Source of the DNA: a bacterium | GTDB lineage: Bacteria > DUMJ01 | Length of the DNA stretch: 64,000 nucleotides | Direction: 5' to 3' | NCBI GenBank assembly: GCA_012839925.1 | Contig: DUMJ01000083.1 | Location: forward strand, 3,116 to 67,115 | Part shown: one piece after another, positions 1-10,161 of the stretch | Layout: each line of letters begins with the position of its first letter | How positions within the stretch are numbered: the first letter of the stretch is position 1 | Program-made: the position numbers and the translations under genes | Notes under the pieces: generated by a model | Databases searched by the model: none | What the model saw: the letters and a program-made list of their open reading frames with translations, nothing else | Told to the model about the DNA's origin: nothing

Positions 1-250
1 TACTGAGAACTTCAGCCAGTACCACTTCATTTTGTGGTAGTGGTGCCCAATCCCTGTAGGTAAAAGTGAATTTCCCTGTGAAAAGGTCCAATCTATTAGG
101 TACCGTTGGGAAAGACCCTGCATAAGCATTATCAAAGATAACAGCATCTTTAGCAAACTTATCAATATTCTCCGTATGGATCCAACTATTTCCATAACAT
201 CCTAAAAAATCTCTTCTAAGAGTATCAGAAACAACCAGAATAACATTCAT
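1..250 (-). CDS. Sulfatase-like hydrolase, N-terminal part (runs off window edge); Thr at the Cys/Ser nucleophile position
   Basis: Not in the ORF track. Manual translation MNVILVVSDTLRRDFLGCYGNSWIHTENIDKFAKDAVIFDNAYAGSFPTVPNRLDLFTG..., with GAGGAGG SD upstream. Confidence 0.85.
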   Translation of the reverse strand, partial: MNVILVVSDTLRRDFLGCYGNSWIHTENIDKFAKDAVIFDNAYAGSFPTVPNRLDLFTGKFTFTYRDWAPLPQNEVVLAEVLS

Positions 251-281
251 CTAAAATTCCTCCTCTTACAGACATTATGAA

Positions 282-314
282 GGGGATAAGAGACAATGAA
301 ATCTTCTTATCCCC
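282..314 (-). terminator. Intercistronic stem-loop after the solute-binding protein gene (terminator or mRNA stabiliser)
   Basis: Inverted repeat GGGGATAAGA (282-291) / TCTTATCCCC (305-314). Confidence 0.55.
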
Positions 315-324
315 AATTACATTT

Positions 325-2316
325 TTACTTCCCCTTCAAGAAGAACTGCTCTGGATGATATCTGGCAAGATATACCCAATCCCATGCCAATAAACCACCT
401 TCTGGAACATTCACTAAATTATTCTTGACTATTACAGGCCATGGCTGAAGTCCTACCGTACCAATTCCCCAGAGATTTTCTACAAAGAGTTTTAACATTT
501 CCTTCCCAGCACTTATAGCTTCTTTCTCATCTAATGTCGTCTGAACTGTCTCCCAGAGTTTAAGAGCTCTTTTAACTTCAGCTGGAGGCTCTTCTCCTGA
601 TTTACCCCAGGAAGTATACCACAATGCCCACTGGGGACCAGTAGTAAATTCCCAAGAAACTGGAAGAAAATGCCAGGGGTTTAGAATCCATACCGGGTCT
701 GAACATTGACCTGTATGCCATATGGTGGCATCAATTTCTCCAGCCTGTCTCCTTGTTTGTAATAAACTTCTCTCGAGTTGCCTCGAAGTAGTCTTTACCC
801 CTACCTTACTCCAGTAGTTCTCTACCAGCTCAACTATAGAGATCTTGGCTGGACCTCCTTCTCCTGGCCAGTAATCAATTGTGATCTGAAGGGGTTTCCC
901 ATCAGGTCTTAGTCTAAAACCATCTTTATCTTTCTTATCCAGCCCCATCTCATCAAGTAATCTATTCGCCTCTTTAGGGTCATATTCTGTGTAGAGTTTC
1001 GCCAATCTTTCATCCCAGAATCTTCCACCTCTCGGCAGGATAACTGTCTGCAGTGGCTCAGCCATTCCATAAAATACCATCTGGTTTATCTCTTCTCTAT
1101 TTATAGCCAACGACAAGGCTTTTCTAAATCTAAGGTCATTAAATATCTTACGAATAACTGGATCTTTGTGATTCAAGTTCAGGAATATTTCTGCCATAGA
1201 TGGCCAGGCTGTCTGGTAATTAATTACCCTATAACCACCCTTCTTTTCGTTCTCTTTATAAAGAGTATAGTTATCTAAAGTAGTATTCCATTGCGCCAGA
1301 TCCACCTCTCCACTTACAACCTTGGTGGTATAAACCTCAACGTTTGTAACCAGTGTCAACCTGACTCTGTCTATATAGGGCAATTGATTACCTGAGGTAT
1401 CTACCTTCCAATAATAAGGGTTTCTTTCAAGTATGGTCGTCTCAGGCGTCCTGCTTACTATCTTATATGCCCTTATCACGGGTGCTTCAGGGTTTTGTAT
1501 GCCATCCAGATATCCCACTACAGATTTAGATTGAAATAGTCTTATCCAGGAGTCAAACCCTTCTTTTTTAGCTAACTCATTAGCCTGTGGATTATACTTA
1601 ATATGGAACTGCCTGAGATAATGCTTCGGTAAGAAGAAGCTACCCTCTGTCCCCCAGGCTGCTAATTGTATCAGGGCAGCTGGATAAGATATGGCAAACT
1701 GAAGGCGAACACTATAAGGACCTAGCTTCTCTAATTTCATCAACTTTCCACCAGGTGCCCATACCTTTGGCTTTGCAGGTGTAAGCTCGTCATTTAAAAC
1801 TACATCCTTCCACCAGAATTCTATATCATCAGCAGTAAAAGGTTGACCATCTGACCATTTTATGCCCTTCCTTAGCTCTAATATAAGCGTTTTGCCATCT
1901 TTAGAGAATATCCAGGACTTAGCCAGATTAGGTAAAATTGTTGCGCCATCTTGCGGATCAAATGTCAGAATAGACTCTTTACCTCCAATGTTTACCTCGT
2001 CTTCAAAATTTTGAGGATTTGTATGAATTATCCCAACTGTCCCACCATACTGACCAATCTCTTTAGTTGGCTCTATAACCAGAGGTTCACCTGGAAGTCT
2101 TCTATTAACCGGAGGTAACTTCCCCTGTTTTACAAGTTCAGCTAACATAGGTGCTTCACCAAATTTAGCAATCTTTTTACCAGTAACTTTAGTATACTCA
2201 GCAGGGCTATTATACTGTTTTGGATAGCTAACCACCTCGGCAAAAATAGAAGAAACTGAGCTTAAAACTAAACTCATACAGATTAAGATTAACAACAGCA
2301 CTCTTACTAACTTCAT
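325..2316 (-). CDS. ABC transporter substrate-binding protein, family 5 (Opp/Dpp-like, probably oligosaccharide-binding)
   Basis: Start moved to ATG 2316 (GGAGG SD, then signal peptide MKLVRVLLL...IFA). Family motifs EAPML..GKLPPV.RLP, LRKGIKWSDGQPFTADD, RNPYYWKVD..GNQLPYID, FRKALSLAINR. Confidence 0.9.
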   Translation of the reverse strand: MKLVRVLLLILICMSLVLSSVSSIFAEVVSYPKQYNSPAEYTKVTGKKIAKFGEAPMLAELVKQGKLPPVNRRLPGEPLVIEPTKEIGQYGGTVGIIHTNPQNFEDEVNIGGKESILTFDPQDGATILPNLAKSWIFSKDGKTLILELRKGIKWSDGQPFTADDIEFWWKDVVLNDELTPAKPKVWAPGGKLMKLEKLGPYSVRLQFAISYPAALIQLAAWGTEGSFFLPKHYLRQFHIKYNPQANELAKKEGFDSWIRLFQSKSVVGYLDGIQNPEAPVIRAYKIVSRTPETTILERNPYYWKVDTSGNQLPYIDRVRLTLVTNVEVYTTKVVSGEVDLAQWNTTLDNYTLYKENEKKGGYRVINYQTAWPSMAEIFLNLNHKDPVIRKIFNDLRFRKALSLAINREEINQMVFYGMAEPLQTVILPRGGRFWDERLAKLYTEYDPKEANRLLDEMGLDKKDKDGFRLRPDGKPLQITIDYWPGEGGPAKISIVELVENYWSKVGVKTTSRQLERSLLQTRRQAGEIDATIWHTGQCSDPVWILNPWHFLPVSWEFTTGPQWALWYTSWGKSGEEPPAEVKRALKLWETVQTTLDEKEAISAGKEMLKLFVENLWGIGTVGLQPWPVIVKNNLVNVPEGGLLAWDWVYLARYHPEQFFLKGK

Positions 2317-2347
2317 TTCAATCAACCCTCCTATTATTAAATTAATA

Positions 2348-3112
2348 TCATTCTTTATATCCAAATCTCTCTGACAACCCCATCGCTACCCTTTTAACTA
2401 TCTCTCCAAGCTCTTCCTTTCTCTCCACTGTTATTCTGAATGTCGGTCCTGCTATCCCTATCACAGCTACTAACCCTTTAAATGAACCAAATACAGGAGA
2501 AGCTATACGTCTTACCCCTGATCTCACCTCCTCGTCATCAAAGGCATAGCCCCTTGAGCGAATCTCATCTAGCTGTGCCTTTAGGACTTCCACATCAGTT
2601 ATCGTCTTCTCTGTAAAAGAAGGAAGTCCAACCCTAGCCAAGTAGTCCTTAAAAAAATCCTCACCCATATAGGCTAGGAAAACCTTCCCTACCGCTGTGC
2701 AGTGTAGTGTCTTATATCTGCTTCCAATACGTGCCACAAGCCTTATCGGCTCAGGGCTCTCTATCTTATCTATATAAAGAATCTCTCCTCCATCCAGTAT
2801 TGCTAACTCTACCGTTTCTCCGGTAAGGTCCACCAGTTCTGTCAAAAATGGTCTGGCTTCTCTTATCAGATCCAGATTTGTATACACACTGTACCCTAAA
2901 GACAACAGTCTAAAGCCAAGTCTATATCTACCGTCAGATGAATTTCTTATAAAATTGTGGGATTCGAGCAGATTTAATATTCTAGCCAGAGAAGGTTTAG
3001 GAATTCCGGTTTTCTCTAATAAATCCCCAAAAGTCAAACCTTCTTTCTCTTTTTCCAGTAACTCCAGTATCTTTAGACCTCTCTCTAAGCCAGGAACTAA
3101 GCTTTTTTCCAT
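2348..3112 (-). CDS. IclR family transcriptional regulator
   Basis: N-terminal HTH (LERGLKILELL...IPKPSLARIL), GETVELAIL, HCTAVGK, GYAFDDEE. Confidence 0.93.
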   Translation of the reverse strand: MEKSLVPGLERGLKILELLEKEKEGLTFGDLLEKTGIPKPSLARILNLLESHNFIRNSSDGRYRLGFRLLSLGYSVYTNLDLIREARPFLTELVDLTGETVELAILDGGEILYIDKIESPEPIRLVARIGSRYKTLHCTAVGKVFLAYMGEDFFKDYLARVGLPSFTEKTITDVEVLKAQLDEIRSRGYAFDDEEVRSGVRRIASPVFGSFKGLVAVIGIAGPTFRITVERKEELGEIVKRVAMGLSERFGYKE

Positions 3113-3127
3113 TTAACCTCTCTTAAG

Positions 3128-3184
3128 TATCATATATGATATCTAAGTCTCATATATTTTACAACAGAAGGAACTGGCAGTCAA
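3128..3184 (-). promoter_or_regulatory. Sigma70-type promoter of iclR with palindromic operator
   Basis: TTGACT (3184-3179), 17 bp, TAAAAT (3161-3156). Perfect palindrome TATCATATATGATA at 3128-3141 and a related half-site at 3148-3161. Confidence 0.6.
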
Positions 3185-3215
3185 GAACCATGTTTATATT
3201 TGATCCTGGCTCCTA

Positions 3216-4592
3216 TTACCCAACATATGGCAGGTCATAGAGAGCCATAATATATGGATTTTCCTCATCATACTGGGTTAAAGGTCTGGATTTATCTACA
3301 CGTCCAATTGGACGACAGTTATTACCTGTAACTCCTGTAATAGCATCTCCTATATCTTCTCGAATTAAATCCGCTTTTTCCATTAACATCTTAACAATAT
3401 CAGTATAGCTTCCAGCGACATCAGCAGTTTCACCAATATCCTTCTCTAGATTGTATAACTCACATACAGGTTGTCTATTTCTTGAGATATGAAGCTTCCA
3501 TGGTCCTGACTTTACCGCCTCTAAATTATCCATATAGTAATAATAGAATGCATCATAAGGGCTATGTGCGCCAGGTATACCTCTCATCAGGTCAAGGATA
3601 TCCTTACCATCAATAATTCTATCTTCTGGAATTTTCACCCCAGCTAACCTTGCAAAGGTAGGCAAAAAATCCATAGCAGTGGCTAATTCAGGACAGGTTA
3701 TCCCGGCTGGTATAACACCAGGACAATACATTATACAGGGAACTCTTTGACCACCTTCCCACGTTGTACTCTTGGTACCTCGTAATGGTGCGTTACTTCC
3801 ACCTTCTGATCTATCTCTTGACCCATTGTCAGAAGTGAAGATAACAAGCGTATTCTCTTCCAAACCCAACCTTCTGAGTTCATAGAGTAAAACTCCAACA
3901 CTCCAATCAATACACTCCACAGCTGCTCCATAAGGTCCATTTATCGATGATTTCAAGAAACGCCAGGGTACATAGATTGGCAGATGGACATACATATGAG
4001 CCAGATATAAAAAGAATGGCTCATCCTTATGTTCACGGATAAAACGAACACTCTCCTCAACATACCTCTCAGTTAACGAAGCCTGGTCAGGCTGTTCCTG
4101 TATAACCTCTTCATCCCGTAAAAGTGGTAGTGGAGGATACTGAAATGCTCCAACCTGGCATCCCATATCGTTGCTGTAAGGTAAGCCATAATAACTATCG
4201 AAACCATGTCTGGTAGGTAGAAACTCTGGTTGATCTCCGCAATGCCATTTTCCTACAATTTTAGTAGCATAATCTGCCTGTTTGAGTACTCTAGCAATAG
4301 TTATCTCTTCAGGGTTTAATCCTACTGGCTGTCCTGGGAAAAGGACCAGCAATCCCTCGAAACTTCCAAAACCAACTCTCCTTGGATAGCATCCTGTTAA
4401 CATTGCACCTCGAGATGGGGAACATACCGGAGATGCCATATAAAAATCGGTAAATCTGACACCATTCTTTGCCATTTTATCCAGGAATGGAGTCCTGTTA
4501 TATTTGGAACCATAACAACCCAGATCTCCATAACCCAAATCATCACAGTTAATCAAAATAATGTTGGGATGGTCTAGTGGTGAACGAGCCAT
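3216..4592 (-). CDS. Arylsulfatase (Cys-type, S1 family)
   Basis: [48 protein letters not shown]. Start moved to ATG 4592 (AGGAGG SD). Confidence 0.92.
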   Translation of the reverse strand: MARSPLDHPNIILINCDDLGYGDLGCYGSKYNRTPFLDKMAKNGVRFTDFYMASPVCSPSRGAMLTGCYPRRVGFGSFEGLLVLFPGQPVGLNPEEITIARVLKQADYATKIVGKWHCGDQPEFLPTRHGFDSYYGLPYSNDMGCQVGAFQYPPLPLLRDEEVIQEQPDQASLTERYVEESVRFIREHKDEPFFLYLAHMYVHLPIYVPWRFLKSSINGPYGAAVECIDWSVGVLLYELRRLGLEENTLVIFTSDNGSRDRSEGGSNAPLRGTKSTTWEGGQRVPCIMYCPGVIPAGITCPELATAMDFLPTFARLAGVKIPEDRIIDGKDILDLMRGIPGAHSPYDAFYYYYMDNLEAVKSGPWKLHISRNRQPVCELYNLEKDIGETADVAGSYTDIVKMLMEKADLIREDIGDAITGVTGNNCRPIGRVDKSRPLTQYDEENPYIMALYDLPYVG

Positions 4593-4638
4593 AAAATCTC
4601 CTCCTTCAAGTCTCAAAAAGTTGAATTATAATTTATTC

Positions 4639-5961
4639 CTATATCATCTTCCCTGTAACCCCATCATCCTTCTTTTCAAACATCGGTACAGGGTCTTGGA
4701 CAAAGCCTCTACCCGGGACAGGAATAGGTCCCTGAAGTATAGGGTCATTAATCTCTCTCTGCCATCTGTAAAGTCTGGATCTTAATTCATAAAGTATATC
4801 TCTATATTCTGGTTTTGAGGATAGATTATTTATTTCCAGCGGATCAACGGATAAATCGTATAACTCTTCCTTTTCTCTGGTTCTCATTATATGAGAATTG
4901 CCCAGAGACTTTCTGGAAAGGCTTTCCTCTATATCCAGGGGAAGGGGGAGATATGGCCATACACCTTCTATATAGTTTCTTATATATTTAAATCTGTCTG
5001 TTCTTATACATCTAATAGGGTCATATATGTCGTGCCAGTCTTTTTGAGCAAAGATTTCGCTACGAGGTTTATAATCCTTTCCATAAAGAAGGGGCTTAAA
5101 ACTTATACCCTGTATTGATTCGGGGATATCTATCTCCAGAATATCCAGGATTGTGGGTAAGAGGTCAACATTACTCAGAAGTTGGTCATAAACTTTTCCA
5201 CCAGTTAGGTCCCCTCCAACCCATCTCAGTATCAGGGTTGTCTTTATTCCAGGATCGTATAGTGTCGACTTGGCTCTTGGAAAAGCTATACCATGATCTG
5301 TAGTAAATATAAAAATTGTGTTATCTTCTATTTTACTCCTCTTAAGCGTCTCCAATATCTTACCTGTATAATAGTCTGTTTCTAAGATGGAACCATAGAA
5401 CATAGCCAGGTCTTCTCTTACCTCAGGTGTATCGGGAAGATAATCCGGAACATTTACAATTTTGGGGTCTATTTTTTGATAGAACTCCCATGGTCTATGA
5501 ACCTCAAAAAAACCCACACAGGCAAAAAACGGTTCTTTAATATCTCCTTCTAAAAAGGATACCACCTTAGGGGTAATCTTCCTTGCCAGATGCGGAGGTT
5601 CGTCCCATCCTGCGACATAGTCATAACCCAATGTCACAGGGTCTCTCCTCTCATGCTGGAAGCCAAAAAGATATGTTGAGTAGCCTGCCTCTTTCAGATA
5701 CTGAGGTAATGTCTTTTCATTGAGAGATAACTCCCATCCTCTATTTACAAGTCCCATAAACCCGGTAGTTCCAGGATATCTCCCCGTCATTATACTCCCC
5801 CTGCTTGGACTGCACAGGGGAGCGGTAGCAAAATAGTTTCTGAATAAAAGACTTTCCTCAGCTATAGAGTCTATATTTGAAGTTTCTACTGAGATATTCT
5901 CATAACAACTAAGATGTTGACCCAGATCATGGCATACGACCATCAATATATTGGGTCTCAT
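4639..5961 (-). CDS. Sulfatase (Cys-type, sulfamidase/N-sulfoglucosamine sulfohydrolase-like)
   Basis: CHDLG, LCSPSRGSIMTG, HRPW, VPDYLPDTPEVR, TTDHG.AFPRAK.TLYD, ELYDL..DP.E..NL. Confidence 0.88.
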   Translation of the reverse strand: MRPNILMVVCHDLGQHLSCYENISVETSNIDSIAEESLLFRNYFATAPLCSPSRGSIMTGRYPGTTGFMGLVNRGWELSLNEKTLPQYLKEAGYSTYLFGFQHERRDPVTLGYDYVAGWDEPPHLARKITPKVVSFLEGDIKEPFFACVGFFEVHRPWEFYQKIDPKIVNVPDYLPDTPEVREDLAMFYGSILETDYYTGKILETLKRSKIEDNTIFIFTTDHGIAFPRAKSTLYDPGIKTTLILRWVGGDLTGGKVYDQLLSNVDLLPTILDILEIDIPESIQGISFKPLLYGKDYKPRSEIFAQKDWHDIYDPIRCIRTDRFKYIRNYIEGVWPYLPLPLDIEESLSRKSLGNSHIMRTREKEELYDLSVDPLEINNLSSKPEYRDILYELRSRLYRWQREINDPILQGPIPVPGRGFVQDPVPMFEKKDDGVTGKMI

Positions 5962-7349
5962 AAACCCTTCCTTCTCTTTTCTATGATATCACTGGCAAAG
6001 TCTTTTAATCTTCTCTCTAATTCTCCAGCTACTTCTGGTTCTCTATCAATTATATTATTCTTCTCGCCAGGGTCGACCCTTAAATTATAGAGTTCTGATT
6101 GTCTGGAGTCTTCTAAAAAAAGATGAAAACTATAATTTAAGTCCCTTATTGTCCAGGACTGCTTGAAATGACCAATGAAAGCATAGTCTCTAACTTTATC
6201 CACCTCTCCTGCCATCAAAGGAGCTAAACTGTGTCCCTCCATTATTATATTCTTAGAGAGAGAAACCATATCCTGTGGAAACGTGCCGGTAGAGAGTGGA
6301 GCCAGATAGTTAAGTACTAATGTATCCTTTTTGATCTGCAGAAAATCCAGGATGGTAGGCATCAGATCGGTAGTTTGAACTATACTATCTATAAACTTAC
6401 CCATTGATAACATAGGATGTTTTATAATCAGAGGTATGCTAACAAGCTCGCTATAGTTCCACGGTCTAGCCTTTCTCACTATTCCATGTTCACCAAAAGG
6501 TTCTCCGTGATCTGATGTATATATTATTATGGATTCTTCATACAGTCCTAATGATTTCAACGCCTCTAAAAATACACCCATCCACTTATCCACAAAAGTT
6601 ACCTCACCATGATAAAGGGATTTAGTATGGTTGAGTTCTTCCTGAGTCATATATCCTTCTATCAGACCAGGGACAGGGTCTATTAACTCCTGACCTTTAT
6701 ACCTGGGATCATACATACTCCTATAAGGTTCCGGAGGGTCCCACGGCTCATGAGGATCAAAGGCATCTATCCAGAGAAACAGTTTATCCTTTTGCTTTTC
6801 AGTTATATATTCAAGCCATCTTATAGCCTCTTTAAATACCCTGGCTATACAGTAATCTTCCTCACCCTTATACCATGAGGTATTCTTTAAATATTGCTCA
6901 AATCTAGGTCTCCATAGATCATCCGTTTCATCACCCTTTAATCTATGATATTTATTTATATCTACAGGGATATCATCAACTATCCAGGAGTCATATTCCT
7001 GCCCCCTTACCCATACAACTGTATCGAATCCTCTCCCACAGTTATAAACAGGTTTGTGCATATGATATGTATCTGAAACAAGGCAGGATGTGAAACCTCT
7101 ATCCCAGAGAACTTCAGCTAAAAGTAGATCTGAAGGTTCGAATGGTTGCCATCCTCTAACCGGAAAGGTGTATCTCCCTGTCCACCAGGTAGTTCTTGTA
7201 GGAAGGGTGGGCAGTCCTTCACTAAAAGCGTTTGTGAATACAGCTCCATCTTTACCCAGAGAATCTATATTTGGGGTCTTTATATTACTGCCATATACAC
7301 CTATGGCATCTTTTCTCATACTATCTGTAACAATAACAAATATATTCAT
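5958..7349 (-). CDS. Sulfatase-like hydrolase with Thr at the nucleophile position
   Basis: DSMRKD, PTLPTRTTWWTG (T-x-P-x-R), FDPHEPWDPP, TSDHGE, DLMPTILD, ELYNL..DPGE..N. Confidence 0.85.
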   Translation of the reverse strand: MNIFVIVTDSMRKDAIGVYGSNIKTPNIDSLGKDGAVFTNAFSEGLPTLPTRTTWWTGRYTFPVRGWQPFEPSDLLLAEVLWDRGFTSCLVSDTYHMHKPVYNCGRGFDTVVWVRGQEYDSWIVDDIPVDINKYHRLKGDETDDLWRPRFEQYLKNTSWYKGEEDYCIARVFKEAIRWLEYITEKQKDKLFLWIDAFDPHEPWDPPEPYRSMYDPRYKGQELIDPVPGLIEGYMTQEELNHTKSLYHGEVTFVDKWMGVFLEALKSLGLYEESIIIYTSDHGEPFGEHGIVRKARPWNYSELVSIPLIIKHPMLSMGKFIDSIVQTTDLMPTILDFLQIKKDTLVLNYLAPLSTGTFPQDMVSLSKNIIMEGHSLAPLMAGEVDKVRDYAFIGHFKQSWTIRDLNYSFHLFLEDSRQSELYNLRVDPGEKNNIIDREPEVAGELERRLKDFASDIIEKRRKGL

Positions 7350-7463
7350 CCAGAACCTCCAAATTAAATTGTAATCTCTTGGAAACTTTAAAACCTTTTA
7401 TGAGCTTAATACACCCCATCCCTAAAAACAAAATCTCTTAATGCTAATCCCTTTCTCTCAATT

Positions 7464-8198
7464 TTATCTATACAATTCAGTAGTAAACTTGAACCTATCT
7501 CCCCTTATTATGCTCTTTCTTACCTCTATCGGTTTATCATCAATTAAATATGTAACTCTCTCTATTAAAAAAGCTGGATCACCTACCTTACTCTCTAATA
7601 TCTTCGCCTCCTCTCTTTTTAATATTACCGGCTCCAGCGTCTCCTTCACTTTTAAAATTTTTAAATTGTATTTGTCCTCCAGGATATCGTATATAGGGAC
7701 ACTTTCTATATCTTCTTCCAGAAGTTTTGAACATACCCTTACTGGTATAAAGATACTTTCCATTATTACAGGCTCATTCTCCAGATATCTTACCCTTACT
7801 ATTCTATTCAGGTCATCACCCTCTGCAATTTTTAAAACTTCCTGTATACCTCTTGTCGGCTTTGTAATCTCTTTAATCATTACTCTTGTTCTGAAATCTT
7901 CATCCCTTTCTCTCATCTCTCTGCCTATACTATAAAACTTTAAAAGACTCTGCTCAAACTTGGGTTTAACAACAAATGTGCCTCTACCTGCTTCCGTTAC
8001 TATAAGACCCTCAGATTCAAGTTCAGCAAGAGCCTTCCTTACCGTACCCCTACTTACCGAATACTTCGTACTGAGCTCCTCTTCAGTGGGTAATCTCCCT
8101 CCCTCCAGTTCCCCACTCTTTATAAGGTCAAGCAGAATCTCCTTTAGCTGATAATATAGAGGTATTGGACTTCGCCTATCAAGTTTACTCTGTATCAT
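7464..8198 (-). CDS. GntR family regulator (HutC/DasR type, UTRA domain)
   Basis: PLYYQLKE, LPTEEEL...SVSRGTVRKAL, GRGTFV, C-terminal UTRA. Start moved to ATG 8198. Confidence 0.92.
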   Translation of the reverse strand: MIQSKLDRRSPIPLYYQLKEILLDLIKSGELEGGRLPTEEELSTKYSVSRGTVRKALAELESEGLIVTEAGRGTFVVKPKFEQSLLKFYSIGREMRERDEDFRTRVMIKEITKPTRGIQEVLKIAEGDDLNRIVRVRYLENEPVIMESIFIPVRVCSKLLEEDIESVPIYDILEDKYNLKILKVKETLEPVILKREEAKILESKVGDPAFLIERVTYLIDDKPIEVRKSIIRGDRFKFTTELYR

Positions 8199-8205
8199 GT
8201 AAATA

Positions 8206-8234
8206 TATATACAATTAAACCTGTAATATGTCAA
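8206..8234 (-). promoter_or_regulatory. Promoter of gntR, probably giving a leaderless mRNA
   Basis: TTGACA (8234-8229), 17 bp, TATATA (8211-8206), 7 nt, ATG; no SD. Confidence 0.5.
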
Positions 8235-8260
8235 TACCTTAATGAATGAGTTTTTAATCT

Positions 8261-8419
8261 TTACCCTGAAATCAGTCCTGGAACTCTTTTTACTGCAGGA
8301 TTCTCACTCAGAACATACCAGAGTCCTCCAGCATGGTCCTGGTGTTCGTGAGAAATAACAATGTATTTTAATCTTTTTATATCAATATTTAAGCTGGAGA
8401 AATTTTTCTTGAGGATAAT
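8261..8419 (-). pseudogene. Fragment of an MBL-fold metallo-hydrolase
   Basis: Start-less 52-codon frame IILKKNFSSLNIDIKRLKYIVISHEHQDHAGGLWYVL..., containing HxHxDH; in-frame stop just upstream. Confidence 0.7.
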
Positions 8420-8442
8420 ATAGGTGGAGATAAACTAAAGGT

Positions 8443-8496
8443 CTAAGCAAATCTTAAGTTTTTTCTTATTTTCTTCTAAGACCATCATTTTAAAGT
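8443..8496 (+). promoter_or_regulatory. Four-box 11-bp-periodic operator plus -10 element (OmpR-type site)
   Basis: CTAAG 8443, TTAAG 8454, CTTAT 8465, CTAAG 8476, 10 nt, TAAAGT 8491. Same architecture at 10870. Confidence 0.7.
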
Positions 8497-8543
8497 TGAT
8501 ATAGAAGAGTCAAAAATAAAAATTAAGCATGGAGGCACTAAAA

Positions 8544-8912
8544 ATGAGAAGGATATTGTCCATATTAATTATTACAGGTATATTAACAGGCTACTTTTGC
8601 CTGACCAGTTTTGCCTGCGAGATGAGGCTAACACCAGATAGATTTACAGCTAAAGTTGGAGAAAAAATTACATTTACACTCGAAAGGATTCAATCTCATA
8701 AAAATTGTGTCCTCCCATTAGAGGCAACAAAGATAGAAGTTAAGGGTGGTAAGGTGGTGGACCCGGGCAAATGGATAAAAAAGGATAATGCAGACATATT
8801 AAGGTTTACCGTTCAATTCACCACCCCGGGGGAGGCGGTTGTAACTGTAATTAGAGATTGCCCTAAAGAAGGTATAATGAGGGTAGAAGCCAGAGGGACA
8901 GTGTTAAAGTGA
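8544..8912 (+). CDS. Secreted hypothetical protein, beta-rich (Ig-like?), three Cys and one His in the mature part
   Basis: GGAGG SD before ATG 8544; signal peptide MRRILSIL...SFA; motifs ACEMR, HKNC, RDCPK. Confidence 0.75.
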   Translation: MRRILSILIITGILTGYFCLTSFACEMRLTPDRFTAKVGEKITFTLERIQSHKNCVLPLEATKIEVKGGKVVDPGKWIKKDNADILRFTVQFTTPGEAVVTVIRDCPKEGIMRVEARGTVLK

Positions 8913-8928
8913 CATCAAAGAGCACCTT

Positions 8929-10161
8929 CTATCTCTCCACAGTAACAATATAGAAGGTGCTTCCTTTCCCCTCTTCACTCTCCACATAAATCTTAAAGTT
9001 TAAAATTTGAACAAGTTTTTTAGCAAGAGAAAGACCCAGTCCATAACCGCCATCGCTCCTGGAATCATCAAGCCTATAAAATCTCTCGAAAATCCTCTCC
9101 CTTTCTTCCTGAGGGATACCTCTACCATAATCCCTGACAAAAAAACTATCTCTCTCCCATCCAAGCTCTACAACTTTCTTATCAGGACTATTCTTTACTG
9201 CATTTTCAACCAGTATATTAAATACAAGTTCTAATATGGGTAAGGAAGAATAAATTTCTCTCTTAGGATCATCCAGAATGATATCAAACTGGAAATCAGG
9301 GTAAAGCTTTTCGTAGTATTCTTTTCTCTTCTCCAGAAAAGATTCCAGGTCTATCGGTCCCAGAGATACATCCTCTTGAGTTTTTAACGTCTCTAAAAGC
9401 GTATTTATCAGTCTCTCCATATCCTCAGCCGTCTCTCTGATAGATTCAAGGGATTCCTCCAGTATCTTCTTATCCTCTTTTCCCCACCTCTGTAAAAGTC
9501 TAATATGTCCCAAAAGAGAAGTCAGTGGAGTCCTGAGCTCGTGAGACACATCTAATATAAACTGTTCCTGCATCTTATAAGCACTGCTTACTCTCTCAAG
9601 CATATTATTTATAGTTAAAGCCAGATCGAAAAGCTCATCTTTAACACCAGGGAGCCCTATCCTTTTATCAAGGTCTCTTATGTTTATACCTCTGGCTGTC
9701 CTTATCATATCCCTAAGTGGAGACAGGAATCTCTGAGAGAGTATATACCCGACAATTAGAGAAACTACTACACTGAAAAGAGAAAGCAATATAATATTAC
9801 TTTTTAACCTATTAAGAGCCAGGATTGTTGGTGTTATATCTTTTCCAACTAAAAAGTCTTCTCTTTCGACAAGAAAGACATATATACCATTAACCTTGTG
9901 TATCCCTTCTTTATCCTTAAATCCCAACCCAAATGGGTCCTGCACAACTACACTTTTAGAGACGATATAAAGAGAAGACAACTTACCGTATCCTGTCCCC
10001 CTGGTAAGAAAGTCCTCTATAGAAGGTCCTCTCAAGAGTTCTTTCCGAATTTCATCCAGAAGTAATCTCTCTGTATTCCAGTAGAAGAAAACAGCAGAGA
10101 AAATAATAAAAAATATCAGTATGAGTGAATATATAAGGGTAAGTCTTATAGATATCTTCAA
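8929..10161 (-). CDS. Sensor histidine kinase (HAMP-HisKA-HATPase)
   Basis: Two TM helices, HAMP (DELFDLA.TINNML), SHELRTPL, ENAVK, DYGRGI, FERFYR, GYGLGL. Confidence 0.95.
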   Translation of the reverse strand: MKISIRLTLIYSLILIFFIIFSAVFFYWNTERLLLDEIRKELLRGPSIEDFLTRGTGYGKLSSLYIVSKSVVVQDPFGLGFKDKEGIHKVNGIYVFLVEREDFLVGKDITPTILALNRLKSNIILLSLFSVVVSLIVGYILSQRFLSPLRDMIRTARGINIRDLDKRIGLPGVKDELFDLALTINNMLERVSSAYKMQEQFILDVSHELRTPLTSLLGHIRLLQRWGKEDKKILEESLESIRETAEDMERLINTLLETLKTQEDVSLGPIDLESFLEKRKEYYEKLYPDFQFDIILDDPKREIYSSLPILELVFNILVENAVKNSPDKKVVELGWERDSFFVRDYGRGIPQEERERIFERFYRLDDSRSDGGYGLGLSLAKKLVQILNFKIYVESEEGKGSTFYIVTVER

